From Mytilus edulis (lineage: Eukaryota): a stretch of DNA of 64,000 nt. Location: positions 55,924,001-55,988,000 of the forward strand of contig NC_092357.1 in the NCBI RefSeq assembly GCF_963676685.1, given 5' to 3'. The notes below the pieces were generated by a model, which saw only the letters and a list, made by a program, of their open reading frames with translations, searched no databases and was not told the origin of the DNA. A program made the position numbers and the translations under genes. Of this stretch, positions 48,140-61,700 are shown one piece after another (within the stretch, counting starts at the first letter, position 1; the number at the start of each line of letters is the position of its first letter).

Positions 48140-51100
48140 AGCTAGAACGTTGGTTGATTTGACTAAGATTGCCTTTATTTACGACTGTTCCCTTTTTAAC
48201 TACTATTGCCTTTATTAATTACTGTTGACTTTTTTTTTATTATTGTTACCCCTATTAACCACTGTTTTTCCTATGTACGCTCTGAAATAATAAATTCAAA
48301 TGAATCACAATGAGCAATACATTATTTGAAAAGTTCATATTAAAAAAAGAAAGTAACATCACAAAAATACCGAACTCCGATTACTTTTATGATTACTGTA
48401 GATTGATTATTCTCCGTTTGATTCCAATCATTGTGGATGTCGGAGGTAAACGTGAACCACGAATTAAAATGTTTCTTTTTGAATTCGACTCTCGCAAGTA
48501 TCCGTTTAACTCAATCCGCTGGCGGAAAAAATTGTCAACCCCAACTGACAGCTGCAAAGCTTTAAATACAGTATTGTTACTCCATATTTTTTTATTGGTA
48601 ATGAATACAAGGTTGATGAATATATCTAATTAAACTTGCAAACGGCCTGAGTCTTACTTAAATTTAACGTTCTTCTCTTTTTTATTCAAAGAAGCGACCC
48701 ATCTTGTTTTATCATTTATCATCACACTTTCCTAATGAATGGACGAAGGATGCATCTACAAATTTAATGTGAAATTGTTCGTATGTTTTAAATCAGAAAG
48801 ACGAATTTTAGAATAATTGTTCAAAACGACTAAAACTATCTAAATTGCGTTTTGAATAATTCATAATAAAAAACTGATTCAGACAAAGTTCAACTCACTT
48901 CATACAGTGACATAAAGCTTCCTTACATCCCAATTATTTAGTCACCAGGTTTTTTTCCATTGGCAATCATACAACATATCCTTATTTTGATTTAACACAG
49001 ATCTTTGATAAAATCTGAGACACTAGTTGAATTTGTTTGAAGATTATAATTACGTCAGTCCTTTTCTTTGTAATCATTGACCTCGAATAATCAGACATAT
49101 TTGAATGAATTAGTATATGCTTATTGAACATTAACACTCCAATCAATGTTTGATGTCCTTATTTTGTTTAAATGCTTCAATTATTCAGGTATTTTTTTCC
49201 TTTATTTTGAACATTATTATCTATCTATTCATGACTTTTGAACTGTGGGTTACTACGATTGACTTTCCTTATCTATATATATTTTGATCTTTATTTTCTA
49301 CTTTTCATAATTGAGCACCTACATATTCTTTATGCTGCATTGATATTTCCATACTTTCTTTTTTCCATTTTTCTACACTTCATCTATATCCTCATCCTTT
49401 GATTTCATTTTTTTTGTACAATTGAACGACATGCAGTAAAGTTTGAAATTTTGAAGGCAGTTGTTTTTACTGAATATTGAGTTATCTGGTTATTTAGATT
49501 ATGTAAAATACCGCGAAAGGTTGTGCATAACTTAACAGTTTTATATAACATTTTCATTAAACAATAGTCATTTATTGTCGTCCAGTGTAACAGTTTACAA
49601 CCATTTTCATGCCAACTTACTTGTAGGCTTACATATGAATTTGCTTACTTTTTATGTTGATAAAGGGCATGCGATACAGTTTTGATCCCGTATTTACATT
49701 TCGATAAAAATTTCCATATAGACTATTTTTTACCTGATTAGATAAAATATGTAATAAAATATATACCTTCATGTGCTACTTTTTGAGTTAAATGAGGTCG
49801 AAACTTTGTATATTTGCTCAAAATTCGAATTTGTGGCCGTCTTTTCCCTTTTGAAAGATAGACATAACTTGTTTGTTTTAAAAGTAGTTAAATAAACATT
49901 TTCAAGTCTATATCATGTATATGTGATGTCAGGTTTATGGGGATATCATATTTTTTTTTCTGTTTTTCTATGTTTGAAGAAAGGTATAGTGCAACTCAAA
50001 CGAGTATTTAGTTGGACCCTTACTTCTACCACTTTTGGTATCTCTCGTCTTTTTTTGGAAATTTTATTGAATTACCATATATTTAATTTGTAGTTTTACT
50101 GATTGCACTCTAGTAGATTTTTCAAATTTGTGTTATGGTAATGACGAAATAGATGATGGTATTGACAGGCTGACAACAAAGGCGATTCTTATGTACATTA
50201 TACTTTCTTTTTGAGTAAAATATAAATATAAGAACATGTAAATATTAGTCTTTAATAATAATAAAACTCTTATAAACTCTGAAAGTTATGTGTATTTATT
50301 CTTTTGATAACTTCTCTAATTTGTGCGACATCATTTTCGTATGATTAGGCCAGTTTGTATACTAATATTTTAATAAGACGCACACCATCCAATCTTGAAC
50401 CTCAATTCCACTCATGTTAAATGTTTCTCTTCAAAACGTTTTACGGAATAAGGATAAAATCATCTGTATTTAAACATCAGACTGTACTACAATGTTAACC
50501 GATATTTTGGGATACTCCAAACCAGGAACTTTATATCTGAGACACAGGCTATATTTGAGTCCCAATTTTAGAATTCACTCATATATTGTTGTTATATTCA
50601 AAATTAGAAGTGAATTGTGTGTTCTAAAAGGATCACCAGTTTTTCGCCTTTAACTGACATTTTATTTACCCCAAAAAAAGGCTACATAGTGTTAAAGATT
50701 TGCCCTTTATGCGTAGGAACTATATTGTTTTTATTTATGTACTACATTCCAGTATGTTCTTTCTGACAGGGTCAACTAAGTTGGTGTTACATCTTACTAA
50801 GTCTGTCTAAATTATTTTTGCAAAGCATTCCGCTTAAAGACAAATCCCTCTATTGTTTATGCGCATATACAAGCGCAACAGTACTATGCCGTCAGTGGTT
50901 TATGACGTCGCGGTTTCCGCGAACTGGAAACGTTTATTAGAGTTATTCCTCTTTGAGCCGATGGAGAGAGTGACAATCGTTTTGATAGGTTAATTTGCCG
51001 AGAAAAAAATGAATTTTGTTTTTAAATAATAGACATGTTCCAGAATTGGATAAAATATGAGAATGAAAAGAGAGTCAACTATACAGCAATCTAACAACAA

Positions 51101-51810
51101 AAAATACACAAAAATGACCGTAAAGAAACGAAATAGAATCTTTATACTCGACAACAAGATGAGCCAATCAAATTATAATATAATACTTTTTTCCTTAATT
51201 TTCTACATGTATAGACTTTTGTAGGTTGTTAATTACATCGATATTTTACAAATCATTAAGAAAGTACGAAAATCATCAATCTTTCTGATCATGTCCTCAA
51301 AATTCACTGTATCTTTAGCAATAGGTATGGATATGGCAAATTGCATTGACGTATTTTGAATGTGTACTGCACTTACATTTTTACATGAATATGATAATTA
51401 GATTTCAAATAAACACCAACAAAACAGTAACCTATTGACGCATACATGTAAAACAAAGTACATCTAGAGAAGTTAACATATAATCTTCTAACATTGTAGG
51501 TTTTTTTATATGACCATTCCGAGTTTGTCCCGATTGTTTGATATTTATGTATAAGGTGCGCATTTTTTGTTTAAAAAAACATAATCGTGTCTGTGTTAAA
51601 ATGTCGGAATGAAGAATTACAGAGGAATGCATATGGGAAAAAAATAATAATTAGGAGATTTGAGAAAAGAGGTCGGACTAGGTTTTATTCATACTCACGG
51701 TATGACAGCTGTATGAGTATACTTAGACTGAGTTTCTAGCAACATTACGGAATATTTCGATATTCATAGATGCCTAAGGATGAGTGATCAAAACAGAAAT
51801 GGTGTTAATT

Positions 51811-53216
51811 AGACCCCGTTAACACTTGCACGGAATTGAAATAAAATCGATCTCTGAAGAGCATCTCGCGTTTTCGATCTTTTTAAAAGAACTTGTGCGT
51901 TTATATTTAGTATACATTGCATATCTAAAATAATCAGCCTAACCATTTCGTTGACAAAAAATCGTAAAAAATTGAATAAGGAAATATTTGGTTCATTAGA
52001 TAATCATATGCTTCTGCATTTATTAATATTATATTTGCTTAACATGTCATAAGAAATTAAAAAAAAAGAATTGTCAGAAAAAAATTACTTATAACGCTCA
52101 TTTCGTTTGAAGATGAGTAATCTACAGAAAAAAAAAATACTGAATGAATACAATTGGAAAGATATTGTTTTAAAAAGGTGCACCGAATATCACACGTATA
52201 GTAAGAGAATATGGAACGAATACATGTAAGTAACAGGGCATCAGTCGAGCACTGAAACGAGTATTTACGTCTTAGAGTAGGGTTATTTTATTTCTTAGAA
52301 CCAATCTATAGCATCAGAGACAAGAACAAAAAAGGTGCGACCTATAACAAGCATATTGTAAGCGAATAAGTAGCAGGTCATCGGTCTAACGCTAAAACTG
52401 GAACACACGCGCTAATAGGTATATTTCACTTTTAAGAACCTATAGCTAACACCAGAGACAAGAAAACAATTTAAAAGATTTGTTTCGTAATAGGTGCAAT
52501 GTGTTTCAACGTATAAGGAACGAATAAGTAACGGTATCAGTCGAGCGCTGTAACGGGTCCTGTCTCAACTCAGGAGTATTTAATTTAAAGTGGTTGTTGT
52601 TTGCAAAAGAGTCACACATTTGTTTTTCATTAATTATTTTTTTTTTTTTTATTATTTTCTAGTTTGAATTGTGTTACATTTGTCCTTTCGGGACCTTTTA
52701 TAGTTGTGTATGCGGTATGGGATTTGCTCATTGTTGTAGGCAGTACAGTGACCCATAGTTAATAATTTCCAGTGTCAATTGGTCATTTGTGGAGCATTTT
52801 GTTATTTGCAATCATACCACATTTTCTTTTTTTATTAATATATTTTCAGAAGAATGACGCAAAAAACGTCGAATATATTAATTTGATTTTTATTATGTCC
52901 ATGGCACGTTTTGTCAAATCATTTGAGAATAAACACTGAAAACATTTTTAAACTGACCATGCGCAGATTTATTTTCATATCTACATAAAACACGTGGAAT
53001 TTTATATCGATTGATTGATTGAAAAGTCGATCGCGATGTATCTAAAGCGTTTTCACTTAAAGAAAAATCGGTTCATAAAAAAATCGTTCTTTTAAAACTA
53101 CGTCTGGGGATGGAATGTTTACGTCCGATTGAAGATCGATCTTTCTCATTTTTGCAATACTAAAGATCGGCGATCTCAAAAATGATCGATCTTTATTGTT
53201 ATTGGAAACGGAGTCT
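51811..53216. mobile_element. Possible non-autonomous PIF/Harbinger-like element containing nested repeats
   Basis: Imperfect TIRs AGACCCCGTT..ATAAAATCGATC / GATCGATCTTTAT..AACGGAGTCT with TTA-type flanks. Confidence 0.4.
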
Positions 53217-55765
53217 TAGAATTCTAATGATTTTAAGTAATTATCATCAAAATAAAAAGGAACAACATTGTTTTTCAACCACCGCATTTATATTACGTGT
53301 CTGTGATACTGACTGAAAACTAAGTACTATCATGTGTAGATTACTGTGAATTTATCGTAGTTTAAAACAAACAAACAACAAAACAGCAAATAACGAGAAC
53401 TGGGTTGTCTCTAATTTGTGAGAATATAGCCTAAAACGGCCGAACGTCTTTCGACGTTGTTTTTAGAATTGGCGCAATGTGTTCCCGCCAATTCAAATTG
53501 TTAACCCCTTTTTGAAATATCTCTTTTTCCATTACGGTGACCCCATCTTTTTATTTCCTTATTTTGTTTAGATATAAACAACGCATATTCTATTGAAGAC
53601 TCATGGAGAAATTATTGGTCAATTTCTTTTAAACTTATTTTTTTATAGGTATTTCACAATAAAAAAAGGCGGGAAAACTATTATAGCGACTTATCATTAT
53701 TATTTTCCATTCAGTAAAGGGTGATATTATTAAAATAGTTTGTATTAACAACTAGGTTGACAAAACAGACAAGTTTTTATTGGATACGGACTTAAAAAAA
53801 ATATTACACTGCTATTGTCTAGAAGTCCCAATTTCCAAATTCCGTGAAAAAGATGGCGTTTTAAATCGAAAACGAGGTCGGTGACCCCATTTTTTTATTT
53901 GCTTATTTTAAAGCTTTTACCTAGCCTAAAGTAAAAATAAAATATAAAGAAGATATTATTGGTAGATCTGTATAGAAGGATTTGTCTTTAAGTTGGTGCT
54001 TAGAGACGTTTAAACTTGCAGTTAGGTGAAAGGTTGTTTTGCTCCGTGTTGAAAGCCTCACATTGAGGTGAGTAACAACAATAAAAGTTTTGTGTATGAG
54101 TTGTTATTTCTTGTACATTTACTGATTTTATGTCATGGATGGATACTCCATGTCGTTTGTATTTCTATCATATTGAGTTACATGTAGTGTCGAACCTTGA
54201 AGGCTACGTATTGAACAAGTTATCAAAACTATTACTTTTATTATTCGTTGTGAGTCCCTACTGATGATAAAAAAAAGGAAAGCACGCCAGCAGCACTAAA
54301 TTTATTAATAAAAAGGGTTTAAAAATTAAAATATATAATTCTTTGATAACAAGATGAAGATATCTCTACATAAGGTGTGTTGCATACTTCATTGTAGTAT
54401 CGAATCACCTGCTGAAGTCGAAAAAATATATAACTCAGGCTGTAAACTAAAGTAGGCCTACCAAATATACATTAGATATAACACACACATTTGCAAGTTT
54501 TCGGGTTCATGTTTGTGTTTAAACAGAAAATGTCATAGTCATAACAATAATTCAATAGCTTTCAAACTGTCTGTTATCCAACCAAATCTATTTTACACAA
54601 CACTATATCGCTTCGTTCATTACTATTTGATCTGTCTATCATATCTCCCCGATATGGATATCGGTTCTTCCTGGATTACTGAAAAAGAAAATAAAGCAGA
54701 TATGCCAATATTAAAAAGTTTGAATCCGCTTCTTTTGTTTGCACCTACCCTAATTCAGAAACCGATGTTCAGTGGTTGCCGTCTGTTTATTCAGTCATAA
54801 GTGTTTCTCGTTTCTCGTTTTCTGTTTTTAATATAGATTATACCGTTGGCTTTCCTCTTTAAATTGTTTTATACTAGTCAATTTTGGGACCATTTATATC
54901 TTGTTGACCGATTTGAATCAAGGCTCCGTGTAGAAGACCGTACGTCCACCTATAATAGTTTGTTTTTACACATTTTGACTTGAATGGAGAAATCTATCAT
55001 TGGAACTCATAACACATTTTTATACCAACATATGCGTCTAAATAGTTATGATGATATCGTACATTTAGTTCAAAGAAAGAAAATATTCAAATTTGTAAGA
55101 GTATGTAATATATTAATTTGTTTAAAAGTCTGATCTACATTTTCGTGTTGTAATTGAATTATATGCAAGTAAATCAGACTGATCATCATTTGTTAAATCG
55201 AACAACATTATTTTCTTCTTAAAATAATTGTGCGTCTTATCAGAACTAAGTTCCTCTGATTTGATGTGTTTTTAAACATTTGTAAAAGTCGTAAAAAACA
55301 AGCAGAATGCATACACGTATGTCAATTATGCCTATTACTTCCGTTAACATAGAATCGTTTTGTTTTCTTACTCATTATCGTTAAGAGTAACATTGAAAGT
55401 TAAAAACGGGATAATTCTACACATTAAGTAAAAAAACTATGAAGATATTTGAAAAAAAACGGAATAATTAGGCATTGATTAGTCAAAAAAACCCTAACTA
55501 CTTTATAGAAAGAAAAATTGTATTTAATTAAAAACAGAAAAAAAATACAATATACGTGGTTTAAAAGAGAACTCCTTGACAAGATTAAGTTTGCTTGAAG
55601 TTGCAATCTAAATTTCTTGACAGTTTCTAAATTATCAACAGAGAAATTATGATAAGTATATACCAGTAAGCCACTACATTAGAGATAGTTGTCCTTACAC
55701 GATAAATCTCTTCCAGAAAACAATGCTAAATAAATTCACCAAAAATTTAATATTGTTTTACTTAC

Positions 55766-58700
55766 GTTATTTCCTGTTAGAGCAGGAACATGTGATGTGC
55801 ACATATATTCAACTGCGTTTGATATTTCCATGTTATTTTGCCTCAGTGTCTGGTTTTTCAATTCTATACATCTTTTCTCAAAATCTGTACCTCCTATTCT
55901 TTCAATAGCCTGAAACAAATAGCAGACAATTCCTAATGTTGTCGTTATATTTTTTCCAAATAAAAAAGAAATCTTTTTAAGAAGAATATACAAAAAAATG
56001 GCTTCCTTATGATCGTATTGAAAAAAAAACCCCAACATTATTCAATGCCTGTCGCGATTTAATAAGATAGTAAATATGTCAGTAACATACACTACAGACC
56101 ACATTCGACACAATAATGTTGGCATTTAAAGAAGATAATTGTTTTATTTCATCATATCGCTTTTGATTGCTATTGATGGTTAAATCAAGGAAAAATTATA
56201 TGGGAAACATTTAATTACGAATGTGGTGGATTCTCATTTCTTTTAACAGAGAATAATCATATATAAACAAAAACATGAAAAATAACAAACTCGAACAAAA
56301 TTCAAAAAGTGGGAAATCCATTAAACCTAATCAAACGCTGATATTAGCTGCAGGTACTGCTATAGTAATAGTGGGTCAAACTTTTAATTAATATTGCTAT
56401 CTCAACCTTCACTGTTGTTTTCTGATAGAGTGTTTTTGTGTGTGTTGCGTTTTAGTTGTTTCATTGTTCTCCTTTTATATTTGATGTGTTTCCTCATTTT
56501 AAGTTTGTAACCCGGATTTGTTTTTCCCCAATCGATTTATGAATTTCGAACAACGCTATATACTACTGTTGCCTTTATAAATGACAGTCGTTTATAGTTA
56601 TAATACAAATTCAGAAGTTGATGAGAAACATATACAAACATCATTGGTCGACGTAATGATAATTATTGATTGAGACTTAAGCATGATCTTATTGCTTCAA
56701 AATTGTTGATATTTATACACTTTGACGAAAATAAAAACAATCTTCGTTATATCAAAAGGACTAGTCTTTAATTGTATTTCATTACTGAAAATTTCCAGGA
56801 TTTCTACGTTCATAATTGTTTGTTATCATACTGATACTAATGAATTAAGAGAATTTAGTTATAATATATCTATAATATATACTTTATAGATATAGGAAGA
56901 TGTGGTGTGAGTGCCAATGAGACAACTGTCCATCCAAATAACAATTTAAAAAAAAAGTAAACCATTGAAGGTCAATGTACGGAATCACCAATGTGAAATA
57001 GATATAATATTATTAAACGGATCAACAAAAGATTGTTAACAAGAGTTTAATTTAATTAACAGATGAACATATAAGTATTGTTTTGAAAATGCAAGTAAGA
57101 ATCTTACGTCAGTAATAGCTGTCCAGTACTCCTCAAATGTTTGATTTGACAAGACACAATCTTGTTCTCCGGCTATTTCTTTCCAGTAGTACATAACCGT
57201 TGATATGTCGGTACCTTTACGTTTTTTTGCTACTGGTAATTGGTTTGAAACTTTAATATCTGTGTATTTTCTAATCAAGAAGATCATCAGTGATAAATCA
57301 AAAGCAGTTGATTTAGGTTTACCTAAGACATGAAATAAAGTAAAGACCATTTTAGTTTATGTCAACGTCTTATGCAGCTTATTAAGAAAGAATGATGTTA
57401 TTATTCTACGAAACCTCTTACAGATGTAAGAAGTTTCGTAGAGTACTTCACCCAGAAATATAACATAGTATTTAGTGTACAATACAGTCATTTGAAGGAA
57501 TACTCTGTTCTTTACCGTAGGGTGAGCGAGGATATATATTTTCGTTCCCCAAATCATTTTCATCAGTTATTTGGTCCTTTGCAGATTTAATATATTGTAT
57601 TTAGCTTGGTGTACATTTTGATGATTTCAAAAAATGGAATATCACATCAAAGATATTACCAAATTGCAAGTTCTTATTAGTGCATCACTTCCATAGTCGC
57701 TAATAAAAATATTTTTCACTAAAAAAACTTTGAAATACTTTCTGAAAAATGTATCTTAAGTTAAAAAAAAATTTCACAGATAAAATGCTCAACATCAAGT
57801 TGATATATTTCATGTTTTAATTGGCATTTAAGATATCTACTTGAGATAATGTCAATTTGAAAGTTTGTTTGTAAAATGTTACTAAATATACCTCTTTTTG
57901 GAAATAGTTTGTCCCACTGAGCTGGATTTAACCATCCGTTACTCCTCAACTTATTCAATTCGTTATATCTCTTCCTTAGTTCGCTTTGCAATACATCAGG
58001 ATGAAACTCTTCGTCGAATATAATTCTAATAGCATGCGGTGCAATTTTCAGTAACAAGTGTGCAATCAGTAAAAAATTTGCTTCTTCCTGGCTAATAAAA
58101 GTTGCAGTTCTTGGTGAAGCTTCGTTCGGCCCAATGTAGAACCTTGTATAAAAATAGTATTAATGTTGATTGGAATATAAATATGTAAAATATTTAATTG
58201 CTTAAAAAAACTCCCTTATCTTAATTAACTCGATCATCCAAGACCACACTGAATTAAGGTTGACAAATATTAGGTATGTTGATAATGTCGATAATTTTGC
58301 AAGAATGTGTACAAAACAAATTGTAGTATTATATAAAAAAAAACATGCAACAAAGGTCAACACTTCGTTTATGTGAGGAGTCATATCATATGTAATTGAT
58401 TTTGATTATTCAAATATCGCGGCCTCAATTATCAATGTGAAAGATTATGTAATAGTCAAAATGCGCATTTGGAGCATAGGAATTGTTGACATTTATGGTA
58501 ATACTGCCACTGGATCGACACCTCTGCTGGAAGACTGTCATGCATCAGCCCAGTAGCCAGTACTTCTAGTACTGTGATGAAAATTAATATTGTTTTAATA
58601 AATTTCGCTGTTATGAACAATTTGAAAGTATTTGAAATTAAGGAATATAATACGTGCAAAGCTCCGATTCCTTTTGAGGGTTTGATTATGCCTTATGTAT

Positions 58701-61700
58701 GGGGTTTGATATGATTTTCAAAATTTGCACACTATCTTTGATTACCAAACATTAAGACTAGCATCACCAAACAATAATTTACAAATTCATATCTGGTAAA
58801 TTAACATTGATATCGTTCAAGGTATCACAAATGTTGGCTCATTAAACCACAGTATCACATTTATCCTTATTCATTGCGCTTACTCATATTAGGCAACAGT
58901 TGATACTTACATATACACGGTTTCGGAAATGCTGACTTATTTCTAGATCTGTTTTGCTAATAATATTTTGCTTTTTAAGTTTCTATCTTTCTCAAAGTTT
59001 CTTCAAAATAGTAAAATTTGCCATTAAAAGACAACAAGGAGTCGTCTGACTAATTCGGATACTAGTAGTTAACTTATCAGTAGATCTTATCTTGCTAATA
59101 TCCTTTGCTATCTAAAAGTTCTATCTATCTTTTATAATTGTCAAGATAATGGGTAAAAACACAAACAAATGGTAAAATGGGCATTAAAGGATGATAACTC
59201 TCATCTCATTGAATCATAGTTATTCCATTAGTAGGTTTTGTCTTTCTTAAGTTGTTGCTGTTTTGATTGACTCTAATATCTTCTATGATTTCAAGATAAC
59301 AGACAGAAAGAGATAAAATAGATGTAAAAATCGTCTTATTAGGGCTGAAATAGATATAACCATTCGTTTAACACACACGTTTCACGTAGATAGAGCTCAA
59401 CAATCTGACCATTACTGTTCTGTTAGATTTCTCTATCTATAGCGGTTTTTAAAATAGTTGACACAACTTGTACATGACTCCTATGTTCTATTTGTACCGA
59501 TTATCAGGTTATCTGCATGTTGATATCGTAAAATATCAACTGCGAGACATAATATGAAGCTTTTTGTCGAGTGAGCGTAGCGAACGAGATCAAAAAGCCT
59601 TCATATAATGTCAAGCAGCTAATATTTTACAATATCAATATGCAGATAATCGGATAATCGATTTATCGGGCTATATTTTCGTGTTTCAGAAGTGTTTTCT
59701 TTGTTTCACCAGCACACAAAAGATGACTTGATAAGTTCGGGTCAGAGTTATTAACGTCGGTTCAAACATTATGACGTCGCTGATGTGTCCGGGTCAAAGT
59801 TATTAAGGCCGGGTCAACGTATTTGACGTCACAAAGACATGATACGGAATAATATTAAGAGCTGGACAGAGTGATATAGACAGTGAGACGACCGATAACT
59901 AGCCTTATTCGTCATCTTGGCTCGTAGAATTGCTTATCAGACCCATTTTAAAAATAAAATACCACAATAATGATTGTGTCCATATTTTGATAAATTTTGC
60001 CTAATATATAGCTAGCGGTTAGATTTTTGTAAAGGTTCCAACGATCGACAGACGACTCACTATATGTGATAAGAAATGCTAGAGACATTTCAGTTCACCC
60101 CATCGAATCAAATTAAATGCTGACATCATATATAACATGTATTCTCAATTATAGAACTGTCTAGACATATATAGAAGCTATCAAACTGTCAACAAATTAC
60201 ATGCTAATGATATTAAAAAAAAAGAAAAACCTGCTCTTCAATATTTTTGGCCATAAACATTACCATTTTTGATAATCATAATGTGAAAAGGTCTGCTTTC
60301 TGCCAATTTCCAAAAATTCTGTTCTGTGAAATGTGTAAATTCGAGCATGATGTTTCACAGCAATCTTATTAATTTCGTAGGAAAAAACGTTATCTTGTCA
60401 TGAGATAAGAGTGACAATAAAATGCCATTTTTTTAATGAACTAAAAACAGACCAAAAATTTATTTTTTGGAGATTGGCTAAAAGGAAAGAATTAGTTACA
60501 ATATACTTACATATAATCAAGAAGTCCTATAAAAAAGAAAAAAAAGTATTTAAAAATGGCCACTTGGTACGTGATATATATATTTAAAACTAAAATATGA
60601 TTTCTTTGGTCAATTATTAATGAAAGTAAAATAGGGAAATAATGATTCGCTTTTAGTAGCCAGTGTGTGTCAATTTTGTCAGAATAAGCTGAAAAAAAAC
60701 ATTGGTGTAGATAAAGAATGTAAAAATTGAAAGTGAAACACAGGTAAATCATTTGAATGACTGATTCGATTTATAAGAAATCATTCTTATACAGGTAAAA
60801 ACGATGTATTCTTAATTTATATATAAAAAATGAACAGACCTAGAAAAATTGCACGATTTCGAATTCTATCATATTTATAACTATGTGTATATCGCTTACA
60901 TGACCATCGAAGGTTTTTGGGAGTCAACTTGACAGTTAATTAGATGGTGTCTAGACTAGAATACGAACGTATCAATGCTGCATTTCATGGAGCCCAGAGC
61001 CCTGTAAAACGTTCATCTTAGACTTTTATAATTTGGATTAATATTTTACATTGTTTTAAATCAAATATTAGAATTCGACTCAAATCAGTGAACATGAATT
61101 AGACAGCTAGTTCTTCTTTAAGAGTAGAAATAAATGTAATATTGCTCTGTCTTCATTTAAAAAGACTCGTCAGTCACACGTAGATCTTCAAACTTATTAA
61201 CTGGAAAGTATCCAATTACAATGTGTATTTATGTTAAATCATTATCCATTCCTTGAAGGATGCATACGATGAACAAATAGATTAGCAATTATAAAGCCAT
61301 TTACTGTTTAAAAAGTAAAATCACAAAAATACTGAACTTAGAGGAAAATCAATTCGGAAAGTCCATAATCACATGGCAAAATCAAATAACAAAACGCATC
61401 AAAAACGAATGGACGAGAACTGTCATATTCCTGACTTGGTACAGGCATTTTCAAATGTAGAAAATGGTGGATTAACCCTGGTTCTATAGCGCTAACCCTC
61501 TCACTTTAATGACAGTCTCATCAAACTCCGTTTATTTACATTGATTCGTTAAACAAAATATTCAACACATGGGTACATCAGTCATCATCGTATAACAATA
61601 ATAATTGACTCTGTCTTATTTTTAAAATTGGGATGTAGACCGTACAGGCGCAAGATGATGCGTTACTTTATCTTTAACTATGCAGAGTACTACGACATCA

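Noticed and set aside
54626-54680. Terminal exon of the HEPN gene
   Set aside because: There is a good acceptor, but the first AG gives an immediate TAA and the second gives EEPISISGRYDRQIK*. I cannot choose between them without transcripts, so it was left out of the model.
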